This document shows positions 10,059-20,330 of a DNA stretch of 64,000 bases, one piece after another. The notes under the pieces were generated by a model that was given only the letters and a program-made list of their open reading frames with translations, did no database searches and was not told where the DNA came from. Each line of letters begins with the position of its first letter. Position 1 is the stretch's first letter. The translations under genes were made by a program, and so were the position numbers. Where the stretch lies: contig JAFGXD010000172.1 in the NCBI GenBank assembly GCA_016936815.1, positions 2,961 to 66,960 on the forward strand. Reading direction: 5' to 3'. The DNA is from Bacteroidales bacterium (GTDB lineage Bacteria > Bacteroidota > Bacteroidia > Bacteroidales > GWF2-38-335).

Positions 10059-11151
10059 TGCCGGCGGTACAGGAGGACATATTTTTCCGGCTATTTCTGT
10101 GGCAAATCAGCTTAAGGAAATAGACCCAAATATTAAAATATTATTTGTGGGAGCCAAAGGGAAAATGGAAATGGAAAAAGTACCCGCTGCCGGTTATGAT
10201 ATTGTTGGTCTACCGGTTGCAGGATTCCAAAGAAGGATTACCTATAAAAACTTATCTTTCTTTTTCAAACTTTTGAAATCGCTTAGATTAGCCAAGAAAG
10301 TAGTTAAACAATTTAAACCCGACGCAGTTGCCGGCTTTGGAGGTTTTGCCTCAGGTCCAACTCTTAGAATAGCCGCTAAAAGAAAAATTCCAACCATTAT
10401 TCAGGAGCAAAACAGCTATGCAGGAGTAACTAACAAGCTACTTGCAAAAAGAGCAAGAAAAATTTGCGTTGCATATCCGGGCATGGAAAGATTCTTTCCG
10501 GCAGAAAAAATTATTATGACCGGAAATCCCGTTAGACAAGATATTCATGATGTTGAAGGTAAGCGAGAGCAAGGATTGTTGTATTTTGAACTACAGGGAA
10601 ATATGAAAATTGCATTGGTAGTTGGCGGTAGTCTGGGTGCCCTTACTATTAATGAAAGTATTGCAAAAAATATTGATTTAATTATAGACAATAAAATACA
10701 ACTAATATGGCAAACCGGAAAAGCCTATTTCGAAACTGCTAAGGCTTTAGTAAATGAAAAAAACACAAAACTTATTAAAGTTGTAGATTTTATTGCAAGA
10801 ATGGATTTTGCTTATGCGGTATCGGATGTTGTTATTTCTAGAGCAGGGGCAAGTACTGTATCAGAACTATCAATTGTTAAAAAACCAAGCATTTTAGTCC
10901 CTTCACCAAATGTCGCAGAAGACCATCAAACAAAAAACGCAATGGCGCTAATTGTGAAAGATGCCGCAATGATGGTTGAAGATAAAACCGCTAGAGAATC
11001 CCTTGTTCCTTCTCTTATTGAACTAATTAAGGACCAATTTAGAATGAATGTTTATATAGAAAATGTTTCCAAAATGGCAATTAAGGATTCGGCAAGCATT
11101 ATTGCAAACGAAATATTGAAACTTACTGAAGAAAAAAACAATAATGATTAG
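10027..11151 (+). CDS. murG: undecaprenyldiphospho-muramoylpentapeptide beta-N-acetylglucosaminyltransferase MurG
   Basis: 374 aa with the GGTGGHIFPA motif near the N-terminus. It overlaps the ftsW 3' end by 32 nt, and this is the only ATG available. Confidence 0.95.
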   Translation: MEQKHKKIIISAGGTGGHIFPAISVANQLKEIDPNIKILFVGAKGKMEMEKVPAAGYDIVGLPVAGFQRRITYKNLSFFFKLLKSLRLAKKVVKQFKPDAVAGFGGFASGPTLRIAAKRKIPTIIQEQNSYAGVTNKLLAKRARKICVAYPGMERFFPAEKIIMTGNPVRQDIHDVEGKREQGLLYFELQGNMKIALVVGGSLGALTINESIAKNIDLIIDNKIQLIWQTGKAYFETAKALVNEKNTKLIKVVDFIARMDFAYAVSDVVISRAGASTVSELSIVKKPSILVPSPNVAEDHQTKNAMALIVKDAAMMVEDKTARESLVPSLIELIKDQFRMNVYIENVSKMAIKDSASIIANEILKLTEEKNNND

Positions 11152-12526
11152 CAAGATAAATACATATTATTTTATTGGTATTGGTGGCATTGGAATGAGT
11201 GCTCTGGCAAGATTCTTTCTCTTAAACGGAAAAAGGATTTCCGGATACGACAAAAACCATTCTGATATAACTAATACTTTAAAGAATGAAGGCGCAGAAA
11301 TTGTATTCGACGAATCAATCCTTGCAATTCCAGAACATTTGTTACAAATTGAAAAAGAATCTATTGCTATTATTTATACTCCTGCTATTCCATTAGACCA
11401 CCCTCAACTTGTGTATTTCACTCAAAATAATTTCCGGATTTTCAAAAGATCAGAAATGCTTGGGGAAATTACAAAAAACAACAAATGTTTGGCAGTTGCA
11501 GGTACACATGGAAAAACAACTGTATCTACTCTGCTTTCTCATTTACTAAACCAAACATCCAATTCATGCTCAGCTTTTCTTGGAGGAATATCCAAAAATT
11601 ACAAAACTAATTTTCTTCATTCTAATAAATCACAAAGAATGGTTGTTGAGGCGGATGAATTCGATCGGTCTTTTCTTACTCTTAACCCTTCTCTAAGCAT
11701 TATTACTTCAATAGACGCAGACCATTTAGATATATACGGAAACAAAGAAAGTATTAAAGAATCTTTTAATCTTTTTGCAAATAAATTATACGAAAATGGA
11801 ATTCTCATTTATAAGGAGGGGCTTGAATTAAAACTTAATGAAAAAATAAAAAAATTCACTTATTCTATTAAATCCGAACTAGCAGATTTTCACATCAAAG
11901 ATTTGCGTGTTATAGACGGATTTTACAAATTTTCTCTAGTAAGTCCCGAAAAAACAATTAACAATCTGGTATTAGGACTTCCCGGACGATTTAACCTCGA
12001 AAATGCAGTCGCAGCATCAGCAGCAGCAATAATTTCAGAAATTTCAGAAAGTGAATTACGGTTAGGCCTTGCAACGTTTAAAGGTGTTGTTAGACGATTC
12101 GATTTTCAACTAAGAAATGAAAAAATTGTTTTTATCGACGATTATGCACATCATCCGGAAGAAATTAAAGCATGCCTAAATTCAGTTAAAGAACTATTTC
12201 CAAATAAAAAAATTACAGCTGTTTTTCAACCTCACTTGTTTACAAGAACTAGAGACTTTGCCAACGAATTTTCAAGTGCCTTAAGCATTGCCAATGAAAC
12301 TATTCTTCTGCCAATCTATCCGGCAAGAGAAAAACCAATTGAAGGTATTAACTCTGAATTATTACTTAAGAATATAACATGCAAAGAAAAACAAATTTGT
12401 GAAATGACTGAACTTGTTAATATTCTCCAAAATAAAAACATTGAAATTATAATAACTATGGGTGCTGGAGATATCGACAAACTTGTAAAACCTATTAAAG
12501 AAATGCTGGAGAAAAAATATGAATAA
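11144..12526 (+). CDS. murC: UDP-N-acetylmuramate--L-alanine ligase MurC
   Basis: 460 aa with GIGGIGMSALA and AGTHGKTTVS motifs. 8-nt overlap with murG. Confidence 0.95.
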   Translation: MISKINTYYFIGIGGIGMSALARFFLLNGKRISGYDKNHSDITNTLKNEGAEIVFDESILAIPEHLLQIEKESIAIIYTPAIPLDHPQLVYFTQNNFRIFKRSEMLGEITKNNKCLAVAGTHGKTTVSTLLSHLLNQTSNSCSAFLGGISKNYKTNFLHSNKSQRMVVEADEFDRSFLTLNPSLSIITSIDADHLDIYGNKESIKESFNLFANKLYENGILIYKEGLELKLNEKIKKFTYSIKSELADFHIKDLRVIDGFYKFSLVSPEKTINNLVLGLPGRFNLENAVAASAAAIISEISESELRLGLATFKGVVRRFDFQLRNEKIVFIDDYAHHPEEIKACLNSVKELFPNKKITAVFQPHLFTRTRDFANEFSSALSIANETILLPIYPAREKPIEGINSELLLKNITCKEKQICEMTELVNILQNKNIEIIITMGAGDIDKLVKPIKEMLEKKYE

Positions 12527-13301
12527 ATTCAGAATAATATTATTTTGGCTTTTAGTTTCGGGATATACTCTACTTTCTCTAAGCTTTTCTTCAATTAAAT
12601 CTTCACAGATAAAATGTCAGGAAATAATTGTGAAAGTAAAGGATAACACTAAGCATCTCTTCGTTGAAAGCAAAGACATAATTGAATTATTCGGTAAAAA
12701 GGGAATACAAATAATTAATCAAAATATTTACGAACTAGATGTTAACAAACTTGAAAAACTAATTGAAGAAATTCCCTCAATAAAATCTGCTCAAGTTTAC
12801 ACAAACATAGATGGCAAATTAACTGTTGAAATTGTTCAAAGAAATCCTATTTTAAGAATTATTAATTCTGCAAACGAAAGCTTCTATATTGATGAAAGTG
12901 GAGAAATAATGCCCCTTTCCAAAAACTATACTGCACATGTGCTTGTTGCAAACGGAGAAATAGACCAACTTCACAAAAGCCTTAATAACAAAAACATTTC
13001 AGAAATAAAAAAAGAAGAAAATAATATAATTACTGAATTGTACATTATTGCCGATTTTATTAATAAATCTCCTTTCTGGAAAGCACAAATTGAGCAAATA
13101 TTTGTAACAAAAAAGGGAGAATTCGAACTTATTCCAAGAATCGGTATGCATGTAATAATCTTTGGAAATTCAGATAATTATTACGAAAAGTTCCAAAAAT
13201 TGGAATTATTGTATAAAAAAGGATTACCTCAAAAGGGTTGGAACAGATATAAATCTATTAACCTCAAATACAAAAACCAAATAGTCTGCACAAAAAACTA
13301 A
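12519..13301 (+). CDS. ftsQ: cell division protein FtsQ
   Basis: 260 aa with an N-terminal TM helix and a POTRA-like region. Located between murC and ftsA, with an 8-nt overlap with murC. Confidence 0.7.
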   Translation: MNKFRIILFWLLVSGYTLLSLSFSSIKSSQIKCQEIIVKVKDNTKHLFVESKDIIELFGKKGIQIINQNIYELDVNKLEKLIEEIPSIKSAQVYTNIDGKLTVEIVQRNPILRIINSANESFYIDESGEIMPLSKNYTAHVLVANGEIDQLHKSLNNKNISEIKKEENNIITELYIIADFINKSPFWKAQIEQIFVTKKGEFELIPRIGMHVIIFGNSDNYYEKFQKLELLYKKGLPQKGWNRYKSINLKYKNQIVCTKN

Positions 13302-13307
13302 ACATTT

Positions 13308-14633
13308 ATGAACTACAATGAACAAATAGTATCAGCAATCGACATAGGAACAACAAAGATTGTTGCCATAGTCGGAAAAAAAGACGAAGCCGGGAAAATT
13401 GAAATTCTTGGTATGGGAAAATCCCCGTCAAAAGGAGTCAAACGTGGTGTTGTTCTTAATATTGAAGACACAATTACCGCAATTCAATCTGCTGTAAACC
13501 AAGCAGAAGAAATGGCCGGAATAAAAATGAAAGACGTTTTTGTTGGTATTGCCGGACAACACATCAAAAGTATTCAAAACAGAAGGTACATCGACACTTT
13601 TTCTTATGACGATGAAATTACACAGGCCGATGTTGATAGACTTATTGAAGATATGTTTAGAATTCCTACCGAACCAGGAGAAGAAATCCTACATGTTATT
13701 CCACAAAGCTATATTGTTGACAAAGAAGTTGGTGTAAAAAATCCTGTTGGAATTTCAGGAAAAAGACTTGAAGGAAATTTCCATATTGTGCTTGGTCAGA
13801 TTGCTTCAGCCAATAATATTAAAAAATGTGTAAACAGAGTAAATCTAAATGTTTTTGAATTAATTCTTGAACCTCTGGCTTCATCCGACGCAGTTTTAAG
13901 CGAAGAAGAAAAAGAACTGGGCGTTGCCCTTGTCGACATTGGTGGTGGAACTACTGATATTGCCGTTTTTTACGAAGGAATTATTCACCACACAGCGGTT
14001 ATCCCTTTCGGCGGCAATGTAGTAACTACCGATATTAAAGAAGGTTGTGGAATCTTGGAAAATATTGCAGAAAAACTTAAAGTAAACTACGGTTCTGCAT
14101 TGGCCGATTACGAACAAGAAAACAAATACATTACCATACCGGGTCTTAAAGGACGTGATCCTAAAGAAATTTCTTTTGTAAATCTTGCAAATATTATTCA
14201 AGCTAGAATGGAAGAAATTATTGATGCTATTTTCTTTGAAATAGAATCCTCAAATATTGCCGACAAATTAGGCGGAGGAATTGTTATTACTGGTGGCGGG
14301 GCAATGCTTAAGTATTTACCGCAGCTAATTGCTTTTAAAACGGGAATGGATGTAAGAATTGGTTACCCTAATGAATATCTTAGCTCTGAAGTAATTTCAG
14401 AAATTAATCAACCTATGTATGCAACAAGTGTTGGGTTAGTTTTAAGAGGTCTTGAAGAATTATCTAAAGGCAAGAAACATGATTACAAATCCCCTGATGC
14501 TAAAAATCCGGAAATAGAAAAACCCAAAGAAGTAGAACCAAAAAAGGTGAAAAAAGGTTTCGGATTATTTGAAAGATTCAAACAAATTTCAGACACTATG
14601 TTTGAAAAAGATGAAGATGTTAAAATGGAATAA
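13308..14633 (+). CDS. ftsA: cell division protein FtsA
   Basis: 441 aa actin-like ATPase (DIGTTKIVAIVG, VDIGGGTTDIAVF) with a C-terminal amphipathic tail (GFGLFERFKQISDTMF). Confidence 0.95.
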   Translation: MNYNEQIVSAIDIGTTKIVAIVGKKDEAGKIEILGMGKSPSKGVKRGVVLNIEDTITAIQSAVNQAEEMAGIKMKDVFVGIAGQHIKSIQNRRYIDTFSYDDEITQADVDRLIEDMFRIPTEPGEEILHVIPQSYIVDKEVGVKNPVGISGKRLEGNFHIVLGQIASANNIKKCVNRVNLNVFELILEPLASSDAVLSEEEKELGVALVDIGGGTTDIAVFYEGIIHHTAVIPFGGNVVTTDIKEGCGILENIAEKLKVNYGSALADYEQENKYITIPGLKGRDPKEISFVNLANIIQARMEEIIDAIFFEIESSNIADKLGGGIVITGGGAMLKYLPQLIAFKTGMDVRIGYPNEYLSSEVISEINQPMYATSVGLVLRGLEELSKGKKHDYKSPDAKNPEIEKPKEVEPKKVKKGFGLFERFKQISDTMFEKDEDVKME

Positions 14634-14665
14634 AATAATATGTCTAACCCCAAACTCAATAAATT

Positions 14666-16099
14666 ATGACAGAAGATTTAATGGATTTCGTAGTTCCAAC
14701 CCGCGAAAACTCAATAATTAAAGTTATTGGAGTGGGTGGAGGTGGCGGTAATGCCGTCAATCACATGTACAAACAAGGCATTAAAGATGTAAGTTTTATT
14801 ATTTGCAATACAGATGCCCAAGCTCTGGAAACTAGCCCCGTACCAATTAAGGTTCAACTTGGCTCTACTTTAACCGAAGGTCGTGGAGCCGGAAATAAAC
14901 CTGAACAAGGCAGAGAAGCTGCTATTGAAAGTATTCAGGAAGTGAAAGAAATGCTTTCCGATAATACTAAAATGGTCTTTATTACTGCCGGTATGGGTGG
15001 TGGAACAGGTACAGGTGCAGCACCGGTAATTGCCCAAGCAGCCAGAGAATTAGACATCCTTACAGTTGGTATTGTAACAATTCCTTTCCGTTTCGAAGGT
15101 TCAAGAAGAATAAACCAAGCTCTGGAAGGTATTTCACAACTTAAGGAACATGTTGATTCTCTTTTAGTTATTAATAACGAGAAGTTAAGGGAAATTTACG
15201 GTGACCTTAAACTTACTGAAGCATTCTCTAAAGCCGATAATGTACTTACAACCGCAGCAAAAGGTATAGCAGAAATAATAACAGTTCATGGATATATAAA
15301 TGTTGACTTTGCCGATGTTTTCACCGTTATGCATGGTTCAGGAGTTTCCATTATGGGTGCCGCAAGTGCTGAAGGCGAAAATAGAGCTATTACTGCAATT
15401 CAGGAAGCTCTTACATCGCCCTTACTAAATAACAACGATATTACCGGAGCAAGAAATATTCTTCTAAACATTACTTCCGGTGTTAACGAAGTTACTATGG
15501 ATGAAATTGGTCAAATTACCGATTTCGTTCAAAATGCAGCCGGATCAAATGCCGATATTATTTGGGGCAATGGAACCGACGAATCTCTTGGAGAAAAAAT
15601 TAGTGTGACAATTATCGCTACAGGTTTTGGAACAAACAGCATTCATGAAATGATGGCCAAAACAGAGCAGAAAAAAGAAATAATTCGTTTGGGAGAAAAA
15701 CCAAACACTTTTGAATTTAGGAAAGAAAGCAGTGTAAGCAATTCATCACAGAAAACTTTTAACTTTTTCCCCGAAAATAAAGAAAATTCACAACACGAAT
15801 CGTTTAACGAATATTATAATTCCAAAAAAGAAGCCGATAATCGTGAAAAAGCCGAAGAAAGATACAACAATCTTAACAGGAGCACTCCTCCTCCTATTCC
15901 CAAGAAATTAAGCGAAATAGATGACGCTGACGAAATTACAAATCTGGAAAATATTCCGGCTTACAAAAGAAAAAACATCCCACTTGAAGACTCGGGAACT
16001 ATTCATCAAGGCGAAATTTCGAGATACACTCTTTCAGAAGATGAGGAAGGCATAAAACTAAGTCCAAATAACCCATATCTTCACGATAAAGTTGACTAA
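14666..16099 (+). CDS. ftsZ: cell division GTPase FtsZ
   Basis: 477 aa with GVGGGGGNAVNHM and the tubulin signature GGGTGTGAAPVIA. A long linker precedes the FtsA-binding-type peptide IPAYKRK, which is followed by an extra 41-aa tail. Confidence 0.97.
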   Translation: MTEDLMDFVVPTRENSIIKVIGVGGGGGNAVNHMYKQGIKDVSFIICNTDAQALETSPVPIKVQLGSTLTEGRGAGNKPEQGREAAIESIQEVKEMLSDNTKMVFITAGMGGGTGTGAAPVIAQAARELDILTVGIVTIPFRFEGSRRINQALEGISQLKEHVDSLLVINNEKLREIYGDLKLTEAFSKADNVLTTAAKGIAEIITVHGYINVDFADVFTVMHGSGVSIMGAASAEGENRAITAIQEALTSPLLNNNDITGARNILLNITSGVNEVTMDEIGQITDFVQNAAGSNADIIWGNGTDESLGEKISVTIIATGFGTNSIHEMMAKTEQKKEIIRLGEKPNTFEFRKESSVSNSSQKTFNFFPENKENSQHESFNEYYNSKKEADNREKAEERYNNLNRSTPPPIPKKLSEIDDADEITNLENIPAYKRKNIPLEDSGTIHQGEISRYTLSEDEEGIKLSPNNPYLHDKVD

Positions 16100-16118
16100 T
16101 TACAAAAAAATTAATAAA

Positions 16119-16574
16119 ATGAAATTAGAAGAAAAAATAATGGCCAGCCTCAAAGAAGCCATGAAGGCAAAAGACAAGGAAAAACTTGAGGCTCTTAGGG
16201 CTGTTAAAGCAGCTATTATTATAACCAAAACTGAAAAAGGTGGCAGTGAAGAAATATCCGAGGCTCAGGAAATGGCAATTTTACAGAAGTTGGTAAAACA
16301 AAGAAAAGAATCTGCAGAATTATACAAAGCCAATAACAGACCGGAACTTGCCGACAAAGAAAATTTCGAAGCCTCAGTAATTTCTGAATTCTTGCCAAAA
16401 CAATTATCTGAAACTGAAATTGAAGCTGAACTAAAAACCATTATTGCCCAAACCGGAGCATCCGAACCAAAAGATATGGGAAAAGTAATGGGTATTGCAT
16501 CAAAAAATCTAGCAGGTAAAGCCGACGGCAAGCTTATTGCCGACATTGTTAAACGACTACTTAGTATTTCGTAG
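16119..16574 (+). CDS. GatB/YqeY domain-containing protein
   Basis: Track ORF is 16092..16574. The ATG at 16119 gives MKLEEKIMASLKEAMKAKDKEKLEALRAVKAAI, the typical YqeY N-terminus. About 151 aa. Confidence 0.85.
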   Translation: MKLEEKIMASLKEAMKAKDKEKLEALRAVKAAIIITKTEKGGSEEISEAQEMAILQKLVKQRKESAELYKANNRPELADKENFEASVISEFLPKQLSETEIEAELKTIIAQTGASEPKDMGKVMGIASKNLAGKADGKLIADIVKRLLSIS

Positions 16575-16601
16575 TTTCATATTTGTTTAGGGGTTAGATG
16601 A

Positions 16602-16638
16602 AAAGTGCCATCCAATGTGGGTGGTACTTTTCTGATTT
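16602..16638. terminator. bidirectional rho-independent terminator between the convergent yqeY-like gene and trmD
   Basis: 12-bp stem (AAAGTGCCATCC / GGGTGGTACTTT, two G-U pairs), 5-nt loop. A T-run follows on the plus strand and an A-run precedes it, giving a U-tract on the minus-strand transcript. Confidence 0.6.
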
Positions 16639-16643
16639 AATAC

Positions 16644-17315
16644 CTAAAGCAAATCAGGTCTTCTTTCCTTTGTTCTACGCAAAGATTCCTCCATCCTCCA
16701 TTTTTCAATTGCAGCAGTATTTCCGGAAAGCAAAATTTCAGGGACTTTCATTCCTTTAAACTCAGAAGGCCTTGAATAAACAGGTGCAGATAATAGATTA
16801 TCCTGAAAAGAATCCGACAATGCAGAAGTTTCATCGGAAATAGCTCCGGGAATAATTCTTACAACACTATCAACAACAACTGCAGCAGCAAGTTCGCCAC
16901 CTGTAAGCACATAATCTCCAATAGAAATTTCCATACTTACATATTTATCTCGAATTCTTTGGTCAATTCCCTTATAATGACCACAAATTAACATTAAATT
17001 CCTTTTTGTACTAAGATTATTTGCAATGCCTTGATTGAATTGAATTCCATCCGGAGTTAAATAAATAATTTCATCGTAATTCCTTTGCTCCAACAAATGC
17101 TCAACAGCATCGGCAATCGGCTGAATGGTCATTACCATTCCTGCTCCCCCTCCAAAAGCATAATCGTCGGTTTTCTTATGCTTATCTTTCGAAAAATCCC
17201 TAATATTCAATATGCCTATTTCAGCAATTCCCTTTTCAACAGCTCTTTTAATTATTGAATAATTGAAAGGACTTTCCAACAATTCCGGATGCACAGTAAG
17301 TATGTCGAACCTCAT
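16644..17315 (-). CDS. trmD: tRNA (guanine37-N1)-methyltransferase TrmD
   Basis: Track ORF 16644..17336 starts at a TTG that lies inside a promoter-like box. The ATG at 17315 gives [17 protein letters not shown], the canonical TrmD N-terminus. [11 protein letters not shown]-binding knot motif present. Confidence 0.93.
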   Translation of the reverse strand: MRFDILTVHPELLESPFNYSIIKRAVEKGIAEIGILNIRDFSKDKHKKTDDYAFGGGAGMVMTIQPIADAVEHLLEQRNYDEIIYLTPDGIQFNQGIANNLSTKRNLMLICGHYKGIDQRIRDKYVSMEISIGDYVLTGGELAAAVVVDSVVRIIPGAISDETSALSDSFQDNLLSAPVYSRPSEFKGMKVPEILLSGNTAAIEKWRMEESLRRTKERRPDLL

Positions 17316-17333
17316 TTTCTTGCTTTTTGTGCT

Positions 17334-17341
17334 CAAAAATA
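17334..17341 (-). promoter_or_regulatory. candidate -7 promoter box (TATTTTTG) for trmD
   Basis: Exact TAnnTTTG on the minus strand, 18 nt upstream of the trmD ATG at 17315. Confidence 0.4.
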
Positions 17342-17489
17342 TAGCTTATTATATAAAAATCACATTTTTTTAGTAAAATATTCTCATTAAACTTTGAGGT
17401 TTAATACGGAATTAAGTAATTTCGTGGTTTTTAAAAACTTGTGATATTGATATCTAAATTTCAGGAAATTAAGTGCTTTTGATTTGATT

Positions 17490-19427
17490 ATGGAAGACAA
17501 AGAACAAAAAAACACCCTTGGTGAAGAGGTGAATTCAGCTCAGGAATTACCCAATGAAACTGATAAAGACATTGTTATTGACCAACTTAATGAAGAAACG
17601 ACTTCTAAGGAGGTCTTATCTTTTGAAGAAAATATTTTGGAAATACCGCAATTATCGGAAGAAGAATCTGAAAACGATTTGGAAAACATTGAAGATGAAG
17701 AACTCCCGGTTGAAGGCAACGAACATTCTAGAGAAGACTTGCTTGCAAAACTTCAGGATGTTATTGAAAACATGGATATTAATGAAGCAAAGTCTTCCAT
17801 TAAGGCCATAAAAGATTCCTTTTTCGGAATTACAAAACAGAAAAAAGATGCAGAGCGAAAAGAATATGCACTATCCGGAGGAGATTTGGCTGTTTACGAA
17901 CCCGAAAAAGATGAACTTGAAGAAAAATTTAATTCATATTTGGAACGTTATCAGGATTTGAGAAAACTCTTTGAAGAAAATCAAGAAAAAAATAAAGAAG
18001 ACAACCTCAAAACTAAATATGAAATTATAGACAAAATAAACGACCTAATTAATGGAACAGAGTCTTTAAATAAAACCTTTCAGGACTTTCATTCACTGCA
18101 AGAACAATGGAGAAGCATTGGAGAAGTACCTACAACAGAATCAACAAAATTATGGCACACATACAATCATACAATTGAAAAATTTTACGATTTTGTTAAA
18201 ATTAACAAGGAATTAAGAGATTTAGACTTCAGAAAAAACTTTGAAGCAAAAATTGGACTTTGTGAAAAAGCCGAAGCGCTTATGCTTGAGCCAATGATTA
18301 CCAAGGCTTTTAAAACCCTTCAAGAACTTCACGAACAATGGAGAGAAGTTGGCCCGGTTGATAGAGAAAAACGAGAAGAAATATGGGAAAGATTTAAACA
18401 AGCCACAGCCAAAATAAACAAAAAACATCAAGATTATTTCGAAGGACTAAGAGCTGAACAACAAAATAATCTGGAATCGAAAACTATTATTTGTGAAAAA
18501 ATTGAAGAAATTATTGCTAACGAAATTGCAAGTCACAAAGACTGGGAAAAGAAAACTGCAGAAATTATTGAAGCACAAAAACTTTGGAAAACAATAGGCT
18601 CTGTTCCAAAAAAGAATAATACCGAAATTTTTCAGAGATTCAAAAAAGCTTGCGACGAATTCTTTAAACAAAAAAGAGCTTTTTATGAGGTAAGAAAAGG
18701 TGACGAAGAACAAAACTTACTTATTAAAACCGGAATATGCGAACAGGCAGAAGCTCTTAAAGATAGCAACGATTGGAAAAATACTACTAAAGAACTTATT
18801 GCCCTTCAGAAAAAATGGAAAGAAGTTGGTCCCGTACCCAGAAAAAATTCCGACGCAATTTGGAAAAGATTTAGAGCTGCCTGTGATGAATTCTTTAACA
18901 AAAAAACAGATTTCTTTGGAAATATAGATAAAGTATATGATGACAATCTAAACCTGAAAAAAGAAATAGTTGAAAAAATAAAAAATTATCAACTTTCCGA
19001 CGACAATAAGAAAAACCTTTCTGACCTTCAGGAACTTCAAAAACAATATAGCGAAATTGGTCATGTTCCTTTCGACAAAAAAGAAGAAATCCATAACCTT
19101 TACCGCGATGCTCTGAATGAAGTTTTCGGAAAAATGGAAATGGATGAAGACAGATTAAGTATTATAAGATTCAAATTAAAAATGGAGTCTTATCAAGCTC
19201 AAGGTGGCGCAGACAATAAACTTCAACTCGAAAGAAACCGTTTGGAAACTAAACTTCAAACACTTCAATCAGACATTATGACCCTGGAAAATAATATAGG
19301 ATTCTTCTCAAATTCCAAAAAATCAGAAGAACTGAAAAAGGATTTCGAACAAAAAATTGAAACCAACAAGAAGCTTATTAAAGCTCTTCAACAAAAAATT
19401 AGAATTATTAACGATTTAAATAAATAA
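17490..19427 (+). CDS. DUF349 domain-containing protein (charged helical repeat protein)
   Basis: About 645 aa. Five copies of the W(K/R)xxGxVPxxxxxxxWxRF(K/R)xACDxFF-type repeat (e.g. LQKKWKEVGPVPRKNSDAIWKRFRAACDEFFNK) and an acidic N-terminus. The track start TTG at 17484 was replaced by the ATG at 17490. Confidence 0.8.
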   Translation: MEDKEQKNTLGEEVNSAQELPNETDKDIVIDQLNEETTSKEVLSFEENILEIPQLSEEESENDLENIEDEELPVEGNEHSREDLLAKLQDVIENMDINEAKSSIKAIKDSFFGITKQKKDAERKEYALSGGDLAVYEPEKDELEEKFNSYLERYQDLRKLFEENQEKNKEDNLKTKYEIIDKINDLINGTESLNKTFQDFHSLQEQWRSIGEVPTTESTKLWHTYNHTIEKFYDFVKINKELRDLDFRKNFEAKIGLCEKAEALMLEPMITKAFKTLQELHEQWREVGPVDREKREEIWERFKQATAKINKKHQDYFEGLRAEQQNNLESKTIICEKIEEIIANEIASHKDWEKKTAEIIEAQKLWKTIGSVPKKNNTEIFQRFKKACDEFFKQKRAFYEVRKGDEEQNLLIKTGICEQAEALKDSNDWKNTTKELIALQKKWKEVGPVPRKNSDAIWKRFRAACDEFFNKKTDFFGNIDKVYDDNLNLKKEIVEKIKNYQLSDDNKKNLSDLQELQKQYSEIGHVPFDKKEEIHNLYRDALNEVFGKMEMDEDRLSIIRFKLKMESYQAQGGADNKLQLERNRLETKLQTLQSDIMTLENNIGFFSNSKKSEELKKDFEQKIETNKKLIKALQQKIRIINDLNK

Positions 19428-19443
19428 TAAAAAACCTACAACG

Positions 19444-20271
19444 ATGAAAAAAGCTCTTAGCATTGCAATTATTTCAGCATTCGCACTAATTGTTGTTTCC
19501 TGCGGCGAATCAGAAAAAAAAGACGACAAAAATCTTCAAACAAGAACCGACACTGTTGTTAAAGATGAGATTTCTCCAGAAGAAGTTCTAGTTGGAAAAC
19601 TGGAATTATTTATTCTTAACGATTTCTTCCCAACCGATATCTTTAAAATACTAAATGAAACAGGATTTGTTTATAATTCTGTGTATATGAACCCCGTTTC
19701 CAAACTTGAATCTTATACCTCAAGCAACACAAAAGCTTTTGTTTTAGGCGTTTATGGTGCCGACCTAAACTATTCCATTTGCAACAACAAAGCCTCCGAC
19801 GCTATGACTTACCTTAGCACTTCAAAAACTATTGCTGAAGAGGTTAATGTTCCAATGGCATTCGACGAAGAATTAATTGCAGCTTATCAGGAAAATATCG
19901 ACAATAAAGATCAACTTTCTATGTTAATTATTGATGCCTACGATAATGCTTCTCAAATGCTTAAAAGCAACGAACAACTAGAAATGTCGGTATTAGTAAT
20001 TGCAGGAGGATGGTACGAAGGATTATATTTAGCCGTTGCAAACTACAAAGAAGCAAACGAAGAGTTGAACTCCTTCCTTGCTCAGCAAAAATCTAAATTG
20101 GAAAAAATTAAGGAAATAATGGAACTTTTTGAAGGCGATGAATATATTACCAAAGTAAAATCTCATTTTACAAAAATATCAGAATTCCTAAACGCAAATT
20201 ATGAATTCAATGCAAAAAATATTCAGACTCTAAAAAGCATTCTTGAAGAAGCCCGTAAAGAAATTATTTAA
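19444..20271 (+). CDS. uncharacterised helical lipoprotein (paralogue of 59994..60917)
   Basis: 275 aa with a lipobox (LIVVSCGES) and predicted all-alpha composition. It shares LGVYGADLNYS and VIAGGWYEGLYLA blocks with the second lipoprotein in the window. Confidence 0.6.
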   Translation: MKKALSIAIISAFALIVVSCGESEKKDDKNLQTRTDTVVKDEISPEEVLVGKLELFILNDFFPTDIFKILNETGFVYNSVYMNPVSKLESYTSSNTKAFVLGVYGADLNYSICNNKASDAMTYLSTSKTIAEEVNVPMAFDEELIAAYQENIDNKDQLSMLIIDAYDNASQMLKSNEQLEMSVLVIAGGWYEGLYLAVANYKEANEELNSFLAQQKSKLEKIKEIMELFEGDEYITKVKSHFTKISEFLNANYEFNAKNIQTLKSILEEARKEII

Positions 20272-20330
20272 GTTGATTTGCCCTGTAAAAATAACGTTAA
20301 CCACTTATTTTTAAATCTAAAACTTACTAA

